A stretch of DNA of 64,000 nucleotides from Blepharisma stoltei ATCC 30299 (GCA_965603825.1 CBFDEM010000022.1:1-64000); one strand, 5' to 3'; shown: positions 11,094-25,836, counted from the first letter of the stretch. Numbers and translations: made by a program. Notes: generated from the letters alone by a model not told the origin.

Positions 11094-11123
11094 AAGCTTG
11101 CCTGATAGGTTCTATTATAATAA

Positions 11124-12272
<1,149 letters not shown>

Positions 12273-12485
12273 GCTAATCAACTCATTTATCTAATTCTGT
12301 CTTTAAATATTAAATTATCTCAAACATCTTTAAAACTTTAAACTAAAATAGTCGAAAAACTAATTAATTTTCTATAATAAGCACCAGGTTTATGCTAAAT
12401 ATTAAATTTTCTTTAAATTTAGCACAAATATATCATATATTTTTGAATAATCAATACTTTTTAAGTAATATAATTATTAATTAAT

Positions 12486-13088
12486 CTAGTTCTTTCTGCG
12501 ATAAGCTTCTAATAACAGTTTTTTCCTCTGAGCTTTAAATATCGATCCAAGCCATTCTAATCCTTCAAAAAGTCCTTCTCCTCTAATTGCGCATGATCCT
12601 TGAGCATACCACTCTCTATTTTTAATTCCATAAAGGTTTAATCTTTCCACAATTTCTGAAACACGCATTGCTCCAGGCAAGTCTTGCTTATTAGCAAAAA
12701 TCAGTAAAGGAATTTCCTTCATATCTTCACTATCGAAAATTTTATGAAGTTCATCATTTGCTTCCCCAATTCTGTCTCTATCAGTCCCATCAATGACAAA
12801 AATTAGCCCATCAGTGCCCTGATAATAATGCCTTCATAAAGGCCGAATTTTTTGGTCTCCTCCGACATCTCAGATATTGAATCTTACATTCTTATGTCTG
12901 ATGGTTTCGACATTAAACCCAATTGTTGAAATTGTTGATACAGCGTCACCTAGTTTAAGCTGATATAGAATGGCGGTTTTCCCTGATGCATTAAGTCCAA
13001 CCATAAGGAGACGCTTTTCTTTTCCTTCAAAAATCAATTGCCAGATTTTTTCAAAAAAGTCGCAAAATTGAGAGATTATTGAGCCCAT
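12486..13088 (-). CDS. ARF: ARF-family small GTPase (200 aa, TGA=Trp)
   Basis: MG start, [17 protein letters not shown](TGA)DVGG, RPLW(TGA)RHYY, ANKQD. Both TGAs fall on invariant ARF tryptophans. Confidence 0.93.
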
Positions 13089-13130
13089 TTTTATTAAGAT
13101 GCATATAGAATATAAATATAATTATATAAT

Positions 13131-14138
13131 TTAAATTCGCTGATATAGCAAAATTATTGTTGGTACTATAAAAAGAAAACTTATTCCGAAATTCAAGGCT
13201 AAGAAAAAAACTTCAATTGTGAAGTCTTGCAAAAATACTACTCCACAAAAGAAATATACGAAAATTCCACAATTGAATATAAAGTAAGAAAATTTTTCAC
13301 AGCATGTGTAAACTCTCCATTGTTTTTTATCTAAATAAATAACTGCTAGTCCTATGCTTCCTAAAATTGCCCATATCCCTATAACCCCTGCAGTAAATAA
13401 TAAAATCTTCCAAAAGATGAATCATAATAAATCTAAAATTGTATCTGATAAAATTGTAATTTTGCACAAAAATAATACTGTTAAAATAACCATAAATCCC
13501 CAGCAATAAAGCATATTTAATCCACAATACTTCCATATATGATTTTTATAATCCTGCAAACAGTCCCAACAGAATTCATGCCTGCAGTTTATGCAGGTCA
13601 TATGATAGCATCCTCCGCTTTTTTCAATAGGGTAGTCACACTTGGGGCAATATTTCACCCATATCTCCTTTCAAGTGTTGCTTCAAAAGTCGCTTTCTCC
13701 ACGTATAATCCTAATAGCATCATCTTTAAGCCTATAAAACGCTGGCTTTAAGCTAGGATCTTTTCACTTAGTTTTGCATTTTGGGCATAGCAGAGTATCC
13801 ATACATGAATTTTTTGTATCAACCCATCCTACGTAATCACAATTCTTTGATGGGCATTGTTTGAAAGAGCTATCACGAATTAGCTCTCTTTTAAGCAAAA
13901 AATTCGCATAGACCTGATAATCATATTCAGCAAGGCAATTTCTTATATCATTTTCACTCATTGTATGGCCAAGAGTACCTAGAGGGCATGTGATTTGGAA
14001 GTCAGCTTGATAATATTTTTCTATTTGGGTAAGAACCCATTGACTAATAGAATTTTTGCAAAAGGTGCAGCCACATGAGAGTGTAATGAAAGCGCTTGGT
14101 TCTTCATAAACACAGCAGATTGCGCAATACTTTGGCAT
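13131..14138 (-). CDS. RBR (RING-IBR-RING) E3 ubiquitin ligase with C-terminal multi-TM anchor (335 aa)
   Basis: One frame through TGAs. RING1 [31 protein letters not shown]2 [24 protein letters not shown], then a hydrophobic tail. Confidence 0.88.
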
Positions 14139-14208
14139 ATGTACAAAAATGGTTTAGAATATAAATAAAATGTCAGTTACAAGATGCTTAAAGAGCGGTA
14201 TCCTTGTG

Positions 14209-14419
14209 TAACTGATAAACAATTATCCTTGATATTGAATCCTCAAATATCATTGATAATGTCAAAGCCATGATTCAGGATAAAGAAGGAATTCCTCAGA
14301 ATCAGCAAAGACTCATTTTCGCAGGCAAACAATTAGAAGACGGAAGAACTCTTGCTGACTACAACATCCAAAAGGAGTCAACCCTTCATTTGGTGCTCAG
14401 ATTGAGAGGAGGCTTTTAA
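14209..14419 (+). pseudogene. 5'-truncated ubiquitin pseudogene (copy of last polyUb unit)
   Basis: [24 protein letters not shown]...LRLRGGF-TAA. An in-frame TAA precedes it and MQIFVK is absent. Downstream sequence matches the polyUb 3' flank. Confidence 0.85.
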
Positions 14420-14606
14420 ACTAATCAACTCATTCTGTCATTAAATTATCTCGAACATCTTTAAAAATTAAAATAAAGAAGCTAATTAATTTTCTATAAT
14501 AATCACCTGCTTATGCTAAATATTAAATTTTCTTTAATTTCGCACAAATACCTGCTATATTTTTGAATCAATACTTTTTAAGTATATATTATAATTATTA
14601 ATTAAT

Positions 14607-14980
14607 CTAATTCTTTCTGCAATAAGCTTCTAAAAACAGTTTTTCCTCTAAGTCTTGCTTTATTTCTGAGATATTCACTGCTCAAAGTATTATAGAGTTC
14701 TCAGGAAGTTTCCCAATCGTTTCTCTGTCAGAAGAATCGATAACAAAAATAATCCATCAGAATTTAAATAATAGTGCATTCATAATGACCTCACTTTCAA
14801 TAAATATCTCAGATGTTAAAGCTAATGCTATTATATCAGACATTTTTGAGATTAAATCCAATTGTTAAAATTGCTGATACAACTTCGCCTATATTGTTTT
14901 TTCAGACCCATTATAAAGTTTTTTTTTTCAAAAATTAATTGCTATTTTTTTCAAAAAACTTGAGAAACTATTGATCCCAT
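14607..14980 (-). pseudogene. Degenerate copy of the ARF gene
   Basis: MGSIVSQ..TIGFN..FNIWD..LEAYCRKN with deletions, frameshifts and TAG/TAA stops; colinear with 12486-13088. Confidence 0.85.
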
Positions 14981-15220
14981 TTTCATTATTTGATTTATAA
15001 GATACAGCAGAAATTCATTTTAATATAAAATCTTATAGTCTGACTTATTATAGTTTAGTTGAGATTTTAATTTTGTTAATAGTATCTAGGAAGCTGCAAT
15101 AGTTTTAACTATAACTTTAAAGCCTTTATTATAAATTTTTTACTAATAGGTGAGCTATAATGGAGCAAGTAAAATTATTATCATATTATAAAAATTTATT
15201 TAAGGGATATATATAATTTC

Positions 15221-18200
15221 TTAGCCCAATGGCATAGTTTTATGATGAGTGCTCATTTTGTGAATTTCATTCAGTGAATTTTTGGATTTATTTCCAAACG
15301 TAAAAGCAAATCTAAACAGTGTACTTGTATCCCTTGATTTTTTGGTGATTAACAAACTAGGGTATTTTTTAAATTGTACATATAGTCCAAAAAATAATAA
15401 AAATAGTCACCCAATTATTCAGCAGCATAGCAATGGAATTGAAAGACCATTATCTCCAAGCCCGAGCCCAATAGCTAACAATAAGCTCAGTCACACAACT
15501 CCCACTATACTAAGTCCTTGTCAGAAGCTAAATCTTGCATAGTTATATGGCTTCATTCTAAAAATAAATATAGCATAGCCAGTCATTAATAGCACAAAAA
15601 CTATTGCATGAGCCAGGTTTTGGGCTCTTTGAAGAGTCTTACTGAGGACAATAATAATGGTCTGAACTACTGTTTTTACCATTAAATATAATGGAAGAGT
15701 TTTCACATGTAAAATTGGCTGAAATTCTTGCCAAAGAGGCCGGCAGAATACAGCAAAAGGCTCATAGGCTAATAAAGCAAAAAATGAAAAAATCGCATAA
15801 ATTAAATGGGTATCTTTTCAACAGAAATAATAGCAATCTGCGCTAAGAAAGCTATCAGTGAAATCGTCACCTATTGATTGGTCACACAAAAAAATATCTA
15901 AACATATCGAAACAAAAGGAATAAAACACAAATTTCCTAAAATCGGCATAAGTATATCCCCAAGCCAGCCTAAAAATCTGAAAATCCACCAAAATCTCCA
16001 CTTTTCATCAAGTCTATATAAAACGACCAAGCACAAAATAACCCATAGCACAATTCCTCCATATACCACATCAACCACAATCCAAAACACCCCATTTTTT
16101 AGCTTTATAACAGACTCTAAATTCATAGAAAGCACATCGCTGACATTATACAAAAAGGGTTCTACAATAGAAAAATCAGGCCCCATATTACAAAACTGGA
16201 ATAACTCGATTGCTATTGTAGCGCCCACAACAAAATCCTGAAAGGAAATTTCTTTTTTTTCTTTAAGTTCTTCAATAGGAATATTCCATCATTTTTTCCA
16301 TATAAAAAATGTTATAAGCACTGTGATAAATGCAATAGTAAAACAAATTCCGAATACTAAAATACGACCTTTAGGAAAAGTTTGGACTTCTTTGCTGGAA
16401 AATGGGCATTTGTAATTGGCATTTCTGAAATCAGTTGGCTTTATGGAAGTCCCATCAGGGTAAATCAGAGTGTCTACATATTTAATGACTTGAGTGCCAA
16501 ATGGGTATAATTTTCCTACAAGGTGTATATAAGGTATCCCTTGATCATCTATTTTATTTTCCTCAATATAAAAAAACTCAAAATTCCTATCATTTGTTCC
16601 TTTCCCAATACTAATAAGCCCAGAGCAGCCAGTAAATTTAGTATTTCTAATAGTCGACATCAGCATATAAGGGTCTGCATAATCATACCCTCTATCTATC
16701 ATAAAATCCAAGGCGTTCGCCACAAGGTACAGAGAATCATAATAATAGCACCCAAACGAATTAGGAGTAGTCATATTATATTTCTCTGAAATCCCATCCC
16801 TAGTATTTTCCCCTATACTCCCTACCCAATAAGGTACACTTAATCTTATCATAGACACCCCCAGCTCTACTCTTTTATATAAATAGCTGTCATTTGTAGC
16901 AATGCAGGCTGAGACATCTTGGGAGCCAGCTAAAATCACTATATCTCCTCTCCTCAAACCCATATCATAAAGAAGCTCAATCACGTAATTGCACATTGGA
17001 CACTGCAGCATCATTACAATAAGTCTTGCTTGGGTGTTAATTATGGTCTGGAAAATATTGGTATAATTTTTTACACCGTTTCGGTCAAGATTTCCAGGCA
17101 TGTGCCTTGAGTCTTCAGGGTTGACTATTTTGATCCCAACATTTTGCATTGAGATGTTTAAGGCTTGATAGACACCTATCCCTCAGGTATTGTACTCATA
17201 AAGGGCTGCAATGTTTTTTCAGCCTAAGGCGTTTAGCAATATTGACCATTTACTATAAATCAGTGATGTGTATAGTCTGACATATAAGGGGTAATTTGTA
17301 GAAGAAGCTAAGCTACCATCACCATTAGTGCTTCCTATACTGGGAACTGTCACATTTAGAGCTTTAAAAATCTTATATTGCCCAATTGCTACTGCTGATC
17401 CAAAAGTAGTGAGATGAGAATGGCCAATTTTATCGACATTGTTCTTGTAGCAAGCTGTGGCAAATGTAGCATTATAGAGGGAAACTCCACAGTCAAAATT
17501 AAACATTGATATTTGAAAATTAGGCAAAATTGAATTTCCAGCATTAATTTCATCTTGCGCCACAAAAGCACCCATTGCAGCAAGCTTAGTTGTAGTGCTA
17601 GGAAGAGCTCCTGGGTTGGTAGTCCCAGCAGTTATGCTCAGATCTATCACCTTTTTAATTGATTTTGGAACAGTGCTAATCCCGCCAAGAAATGTTAGAT
17701 TTCCAAAAAAATTAATTTTTCTGTCTACAATCGACCCAACAACCACTCTTTCTCCATTCTGAATATTGACAATAGAATATCTGGCTTTATTATAATGATT
17801 TTCAAGCTCTGACTCTAAAAAGTATTGCAGCTCTGAAAAAGTTTCTATTGAGTTTTGGATTATAAGTTTTAAAATACTTTTTAAAGATTTTTCATAATAT
17901 TCCATAGTAGACTCGGCAAATTCCATGCCAGCTTCAGTGACGATCAAAGACCCATCAATGCTACATCCATATGCGCTTTCTTGGTTAAGTAAAATTCCGT
18001 TTCCTTTTGTCAAAAGTTTGCCTTTGGTAAGAGCATTTTGCAGTTTTATTGACTCAGAAGGCGATGTTAAAAGATAGTAAAGGGTTGCTCCCATTCTTGC
18101 TACTGTTTGGTTTACAAGATTTTCTATATCTTCCAAGGATTCAATAGTCAGAATTGACATGAATGACGAAAAATTTAAAAATCTGTCTTTTATCTCATAA

Positions 18201-18658
18201 TTTTCTTTATTGTTAAAAGCAGCACCTTGAGTTCAATTAAAATGTTCCATTAAAGAATAAAACGCATCCATTTGGTCTGATAAAGAAGAAACTGCTGAAT
18301 AAGTCAATCCATCATTATACTTAAAGTTGTGCTGATACACTAAATGGACTAAAAAATGATAATTGCAAAATTCTAAAAGGGTATATTGAATATAAGAGTC
18401 TTCTGAAAAATCAAGTAAAATTAACGAATTCGGGTATTTTTCTGCACAATAGTTGATGCTTGAGTAATTGCAAATGTGAAAGTCGATAATAAACTGAAAA
18501 CTCTCGGATAAGTCCATAAAATACGTGTCATTCCATAAATCTGAGCTTCTATAAGAATTGTCTGGAGAAACTGCTATAATTTCTATAGCATTGCTTGTAG
18601 TAGCTAATAAAAATAATAAACTGAAAATCTTGTGTACGGTTATGAACATAAAGCCCAT
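15221..18658 (-). CDS. Secreted ANF-receptor/Venus-flytrap domain multi-pass membrane protein A (1145 aa, TGA=Trp)
   Basis: Five track ORFs in one frame, with a signal peptide. Periplasmic-binding type I motifs: AQDEIN..ILPNF, YPLYVR, LLNALGW(TGA)K, YYYDSLY..A.AL, FTGCSG. About 9 hydrophobic segments at the C-terminus. Confidence 0.85.
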
Positions 18659-19280
18659 TCAAATTAATTTGATCAATAGAAGTAATATATTACTGAAAAA
18701 AATGAGACAACTTAAAAATTCACTTTATTTTTCAGATTTAATTATGATGTTTGAAATTAGTCAATTAAAAAACATTTTAATAAATTATATAAAAATAAGA
18801 AAATAAAAAAATTACTAATTTCGCTTAGCTTTCAGCAGAAAGGCGATAACTTCTTCAGAATATAATTTTCAAATGCTTTTACCCACTCATATGGGAGAAT
18901 AAGTATCAGTAATTTTAGGCGAGTGAAAGGTATATCGAACTAGAAAATATTAAAAATAATGCTATATATTAGCAGAGCTCTCAGAATAAATAATAAAAGA
19001 ATCTAAAAGTGTATTTTATTTGAGTTGTTAAGTTTTTGAAAATAAATTATTGAAAATGTAATTTCTCAAACTTATAATTTTCAACCCCACAAAAAATCCA
19101 ATAATTTCTTTGCTTTAAATGTTATGACCAGATTTTTTATCAATAGGCAGAGTTTTGATAAGCTGGATTTTATAAATAAAGCATTATTAAATGAGCCTTG
19201 ATACCCAGATTATATTAAAAATTTTTATTATTTAATAAGATTTAAAAAATAACGAATTTACATATAATTAAATTTCTTGA

Positions 19281-22200
19281 CTAACCTATTGGCATTGTTT
19301 TATGCTGTGAACTGCCTTTATTAATAGAGTGTAATGAACTTTTTGATTTATTTCCAAAGGTAAATGCAAATCTAAATAGTGTGCTTGTATCCCTTGTACT
19401 TTTAGTGATTAGCATGCTTGGGAATTTTTTAAATTGTATATAAAGTCCCAAAAATACTAAAATTATTCATCCCATTAATCAACTACATAGCAGAGGAATT
19501 GAAAGCCCTTGAATTCCAACCCCCAAACCAATAGCAGATAAAAAACTCAGTCAAACAACTCCTGTAATGCTCAACCCTTGCCATCAGCTAAATCTTGCAT
19601 AGTTATACGGCTTCATTTTAAAAATAAAAATAGCATAGCCAGCCATCAAAATTACATATACAACTCCATGAGCCACACTTTGGGCCCTTTGCAGAGTTTT
19701 ACTAAGAACAATAATAATTATTTGAACTATAGTTTTTACCATCAAATACAACGGAAGTGTTTTTACATGTAAAATTGGCTGAAATTCTTGCCAAAGAGGC
19801 CTACAAAAAACAGCAAAAGGCTCATATGCTAATAAAGCAAAAAATGAAAAAATCGCATAAATCAAGTGTGTATCCTTCCAGCAAAAGTAATAGCAATCTA
19901 CACTAAGAAAACTATCTGTAAAATTATCTCCAATAGACTGATCACATAGAAATACATCTAAACAAATTGAAACAAAAGGAATAAAGCACAGATTTCCTAA
20001 AATTGGCATAAGTATATCTCCAAGCCAGCCTAGCAACCTAAATATCCATAGAAACTTCCATTTTTCATCAAGTTCATAAAGCACTACTAAGCATAGAATA
20101 ACTCATAAAGCAATTCCTCCATAAACCACATCCACAATTATCCAAAATACTCCATTTTTTAGCTTTAATACAGACTCGAGGTTCATAGAAAATAGATCAC
20201 TAACACTAAACAAAAATGGTTCCACAATAGAAAAATCAGGCCCCATATTACAAAACTGGACGAATTCAATAGCTATAGTTACCCCGACAATAAAATCCTG
20301 AAATGAAATTTCTTGTTTATCCCGAAGCTCTTCAATAGGAATATTTCACCATTTTTTCCATATGAAAAATGTTATAATGACTGTAACAAGCCCAACAGTA
20401 AAGCAAATCCCAAATACTAGCATACGTCCTTTTACAAAGGTTTTTACGTCTTTACTAGGAAATGGGCATTTCTCATTAGCATTTCTGAGGTCTGTTGGCT
20501 TTATAGGAGTTTCGTCAGGATATAGAAAAGTATCTACATAAGAAATCAGCTGAGTGCCAAATGGCCATAGTTTCCCTACTAGATGTATATATGGTATTCC
20601 TTGGCCATCTACTTTGGTCTGCTCAATATAAAAATACTCAAAATTCCTATCATTTGTGCCTTTGCCAATGCTGATAAGTCCAGAGCAGCCTGTAAATTTG
20701 GTATTTCTGATAGTCAACATTAACTGATAAGGATCTGTATAATCATACCCTCTGTTTATCATAAAATCCATGGCATGCGCAATAAGGTAAAAAGAATCAT
20801 AATAATAGCACCCAAATGAATTCGGAGTCGCCACGCTATATTTTACTGAAATATCATTCTTAGCCTTTTCTCCTATTGTTCCTACTCAATAAGGCACGCT
20901 AAGTCTTGTCATAGACATTGCAAGCTCCACTCTCTTATATAAATAGGTATCATTTGTGGCAATTGAAGCTAATATATCTTGAGATCCCGCTAAAATCACT
21001 ATATCTCCTCTCCTCAATCCCATATCATAAAATGCCTCAATAACATAATTGCACATTGGACATTGTATCATAAGTACAATCAGCCTTACTTGGGTGTCAA
21101 TAATTGTCTGTAAAACACTTGTATAATTTTTTACTCCATTTCTATCTAGATTCCCTGGGATATGTCTTGAGTTTTCAGAGTTTATTATATCGATCCCAAC
21201 GCTCTGCATTGAAGAATTTAAAGCTTGATAGACACCGATTCCTCATGTATCATATTCATAGAGAGCAACGATTTTTTTCCAGCCTAAAGCATTTAGTAAT
21301 ATTGACCACTTGCTATAGATCAGTGAGGTATACAGTCTTACATATAATGGGTAATTAGCAGAAGACGCTAGGCTGCCATCACCATTGGTACTTCCTATAC
21401 TGGGGACAGTTATACTCAAATTTTTAAAGACCTGATATTGCCCTATAGCTACATTAGAACCAAAAGCAGTCAGATGGGAAAGCCCGATTTTGCCAATATC
21501 ATGTTTATAGCAAGCTGTCGCAAATTCAGAGTTAAATAGAGACACTCCGCAGTCAAAATTAAACATTGTTATTTGAAAATTAGGTAAAATAGCGTTTCCT
21601 GCATTGATTTCATCTTGAGCTATAAAAGCGCCCATTGCAGCTAGCTTTGTTGTTGTGCTTGGAACGGCGCCAGGATTGGTCGTTCCAGCAGTTATGCTCA
21701 GCTCCAGAACCTTTTTCTTTGATTCTGGCAGAGTACTAGTGCTGCCAAGAAAAGTTAAGTTTCCAAAAAAATTAATTTTTCGATCTACAATAGACCCAAT
21801 AACAACCCTTTTTCCATTCTGAATATTTACAATAGAATATTTGGCTTTATTATAATGATTTGGAAACTCTGATTCCAAAAAATATAGGAGATCTGAAAAA
21901 GTTTCTATTGGGTTTTGAAGGATGAGGTTTAGAAGATTTTTTATAGACTGATAGTAATGTTCAGCAGAAGAAGATACAAATTCCATTCCGGATTCAGTTG
22001 TAATTAATGATCCATCAATGCTGCATCCATAAGCACTATCTTGGTTAAGTAGAATTCCATTATCGCTTATTAACAATTTTTGCTTTTTTAACGCATTTTG
22101 CAATTTTATCGATTCTATAGGGCTAACTAAAATATAGTAAAGAGTTGCGCCTAATTGAGTAACAGTTTGATTTACAAGGTTTTCGATATCTTCGTAGGAT

Positions 22201-22712
22201 TCTATTGTAAGAATTGAGAACGAGGAAGAAAAATTAAAAAAAAATTCTTTTATTTGATAATTTTCCTTATTGTTAAAAACGACACCTTGAGTTCAGTTAA
22301 AGTGGTCCATTAATGATAAAAACGCCTTCATTTGGTCTGATAAGGAGGAAATTGTTGAGTAAGTAAAATTATCTGAATATTTGAAGCTGCTTTGGTAAAC
22401 CAGATGAATTAACTGGTGATCATGACAAAATCTTGAAAGCGAGTATTGAATATAAAAGTCTGTTGAAAAATCCAACAAAATTAATGAACTTGGGTATTTT
22501 TGTGCACAAAAATCAACACTGGAGTAGTTGCAAATGTGAAAATCAACTAAAAATTGGAAACTTTCAGATAGAGTCATAAAATCAGAATCATTTCACAATT
22601 CAGTGCTGACTTCTAAATCATCAGGCGAAACTGCTATAATTTCCACCGCATTGCAAGCCACAAGCCACAAAATTCCAAAAATGAACCGTACGGTTATCAA
22701 TGAAAGTCTCAT
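19281..22712 (-). CDS. ANF-receptor/Venus-flytrap multi-pass membrane protein B (1143 aa), tandem paralog of A
   Basis: Colinear with A over the full length; one frame from ATG 22712 to TAG 19281 through TGAs. Confidence 0.85.
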
Positions 22713-24502
22713 GGCAATATAATTTTAATTACTTTGAAACATGTTTTACTGGAAAATATATTATATCCCAAGTTTTAGTTTATTGTTAATTATTACGCAT
22801 TTTCTCCAAAATGATTATAGACAAAAGAATAAAAAATTATAAAGAATATCTAAAATGCTTCAAAACTGAAATGGCAAGCCTATTATATGCAAATAATTAG
22901 TTATTTTATTTACTTATAAGCAAGCTAAAGAATATTTGCATTATCATCAAGCTTAGCCTATCAAAATTTCTTTAGGTAAAGATGAAAAGAACAAAACCTA
23001 AAACTATTAAAATAATTATGGCTAGTTATAAAAAGTGCAAGCGAATTTTCGATTTTCGTTAATTAAAACACAAAATAATTAAACTAAATTATTTTAGTTT
23101 TGGAAATTAAGAATTATTTTGAAATTAAATCCAATAGCTCATTTTTCCATAAAATAATAAATCATATCTATTTACAGGCTTTATTAAATCAAGTTTAATT
23201 TAAAACTTTTTTAACTCCTCAAAAAACATAATAATAGTCTTACAGATTTATGAAAAATTGCTTATATTTTATTAGCAGCATGGAAATTTAAAGCAGCGTG
23301 AATTTTTTTCCCATGAAATATCAGTTTAATTTTTAACTTTTTAAATAAACTTACCAATATAATAATAGATAAAAAATAGTTGCTTAAAGCATGCGAAAAC
23401 AAATATTATCAGATAATGAATACTTATGTTTACAAGCACATCCTGATTTTACAAAGCCATAAACTAAGAGCTTAGTAATAAATAATCAAATGGCATTTCA
23501 TTAAGCCTAATAATCTGTAATTTGCTCCTCCTCTGATTTTCCTATTATCCTTATAGATAAATATATGAAGCTTCAGAAATTTGCCTAAAATCCTATTCCA
23601 TAAGCTATAAAAAATTAGGTGAAGCTATTAAGTATTACACTGGTCAATAATTGCAAAAAAGATAGCCAATTAAATAAAAAGAATTTTATGATAAAACAAA
23701 CCGACTTTTTAAGAAATTTATTATTTTATTTTAGATAAAAACTCTTTCAATTTTTAAAATAAAAAATCAATGCAAACTTTCGAAAGAATTAATTAATCAA
23801 TTATTTAATTTTATAATTATTAATTTATTGAACTTGAAGTTTTATGAAACAGTAATCAAATTGAAAATATACTCAGAGCCCAAAAATTACAGTTGTAAAT
23901 CCATATTATGATACAATATGAAGGCAGCAACCAAATGGCGCAGTCCAAACCTTGAGTGTAAGTTTTTTTGAATGAAGACAATACACCAATCTTAGCTCGT
24001 GGCTATCTTGAAGAGAATTTTGTAGGAGAGGATTATGATAGAGGCTTGTAGATGAAGGAGACATGTGAAGACTATTGAGCAGGAGAGCTAATGGATGAAT
24101 ATGAAGAAGATGATTATCAGATCGATGAATTATAGGATATTGAAAATGAAAAATGCTAAAAGCAGAGGAAAGCTTGAGAGTATAAGGGAGATTTCCAATA
24201 TGCAATCTTTTCGCTGTAGCAGAGATCAAGCATCACTCTAGTAGCACTTCTAATTATCTGCCTTTAGAATATAGAAAAAAGTGGAATGAAAATTTTTAAA
24301 GGCAATTTTTGTAAAATTGATTTGCCCTTTTCCAGAGCGATAACCGCATAAATAATATTTAATTATTCTTTAAGTCTTTTTATTGTATAACTTGTCAATA
24401 AATATGAGATTTTATGACAAATATTACCCAAACGGTATTTGAAAAACAATTTTATTATAGAAAAACACAAAATTTTAGAAATGAAGGATAGCTCTTAAAT
24501 AA

Positions 24503-25384
24503 TTAGAACTGTTCTGTGCGGAGCCACTCAAAGAAATTATGTCTTGGGACAAACCCATAGAGATCCTTTATTCTCTTTGATATCAATTGGCAATCAAGTG
24601 TATGTGCTAATGCAAACCATGGATAATTCGGAACCTCCGTCACATTGTCATATCTCTCCACATCAGTAACTCCAATTGCCTCAGAAACCTTCTCAATAAT
24701 TGTTTCCACCTGAATTGGCTGCTCAGACCCATAGAACAATCCTACAGCTTTATTCTCAATCAAGACTCTATACATCTCCGCAATATCATCAGTATGGATT
24801 ACCGAGACGTGCTTATTCCCTGAAGCTGCAATGATTTTCCCTTTTGCCTTGGACTCTCTGACCCACTGATCTACAAAGCTGTTTCCATATACCCAGACAG
24901 GTCTGATGACGCAGCCATGGAAATTTCCAGCAGAGGCGTTGATGACCATCCTTTCCAAGGTTGGCTTAAAGGCAACCCACGGGTGAGATCTAGATGTATC
25001 ATCATGGTCTTCGTCCATTGGGCCTTGAGTTTCGCCATTGCACATGCACCCTGAGGTGGTAAGGAGGACAACAGGCTTGGTTTCAGCTGTTTTTTTGGCA
25101 GCTGCTATGAGAGCTGGGACTAAAAGGTGTTCAGTCCTTACGCCTTCTTCGTTTAGAACGAGGGCTGTGTGGATTATAGCATCGTAGCCGACGCATAATT
25201 CAGACAGCTGGGAGACGGAGTCAGGGGAAAGCTCGAAAATGATGTAGTGGCCGCCTTTCTGGACGATTTCTTGGCCTTTTTGGTCACTTCTGGCTGTGCA
25301 AGTGACCTCGTGGCCTGCAGCAACTAAACTTTTGAGGACTGAGCTTCCGATTGACCCAGTAGCACCAGTTAGAAATACTCTCAT
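24503..25384 (-). CDS. NAD-dependent epimerase/dehydratase (atypical SDR)
   Basis: MRVFLTGATGSIG Rossmann motif, DAIIHTA, VIRPVWVYG, SVIHTDDIA. Confidence 0.9.
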   Translation of the reverse strand: MRVFLTGATGSIGSSVLKSLVAAGHEVTCTARSDQKGQEIVQKGGHYIIFELSPDSVSQLSELCVGYDAIIHTALVLNEEGVRTEHLLVPALIAAAKKTAETKPVVLLTTSGCMCNGETQGPMDEDHDDTSRSHPWVAFKPTLERMVINASAGNFHGCVIRPVWVYGNSFVDQWVRESKAKGKIIAASGNKHVSVIHTDDIAEMYRVLIENKAVGLFYGSEQPIQVETIIEKVSEAIGVTDVERYDNVTEVPNYPWFALAHTLDCQLISKRIKDLYGFVPRHNFFEWLRTEQF

Positions 25385-25836
25385 ATTTATTACTACAAGC
25401 TGGAGAAGCATATCTTATAAGGGCAGCAGTTAAGTGAAGAATCTGGTTAAATAATTTTTATTATTAATTTTAAAGGCTAAGGTATAAGTTCTATATATAA
25501 AAGGTAATATGTCACACAATAAAAATTTTTTATAAAATTTTTTGCTTTATTTTAAGTTTATTCTAATAGGCCAAAAATTCTATTAATTAAACGAAAACAC
25601 CAGATAACCTTTCCACTAAAAATCTAGATTTCATAAAGATATCAAAATTTCAGTATAAATTTAAAATTTTTATAAAAATTCTTAAATTTATTAAAAATCA
25701 GCTTAATGCTTTATTGATAATAAGAAAAACACCATACGTTTATCTACTGAACATTTTAATGAAAAATTTTAAATTCATCTAATATCAAAACCTGATATAA
25801 TTTGAAAATATAATTATTTAAGTATTTTGGTTTCAA

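Noticed and set aside
23906-24229. Minus-strand 107-aa ORF in the track
   Set aside because: Non-ATG start and L/H/S-rich composition typical of the reverse complement of an acidic plus-strand frame.
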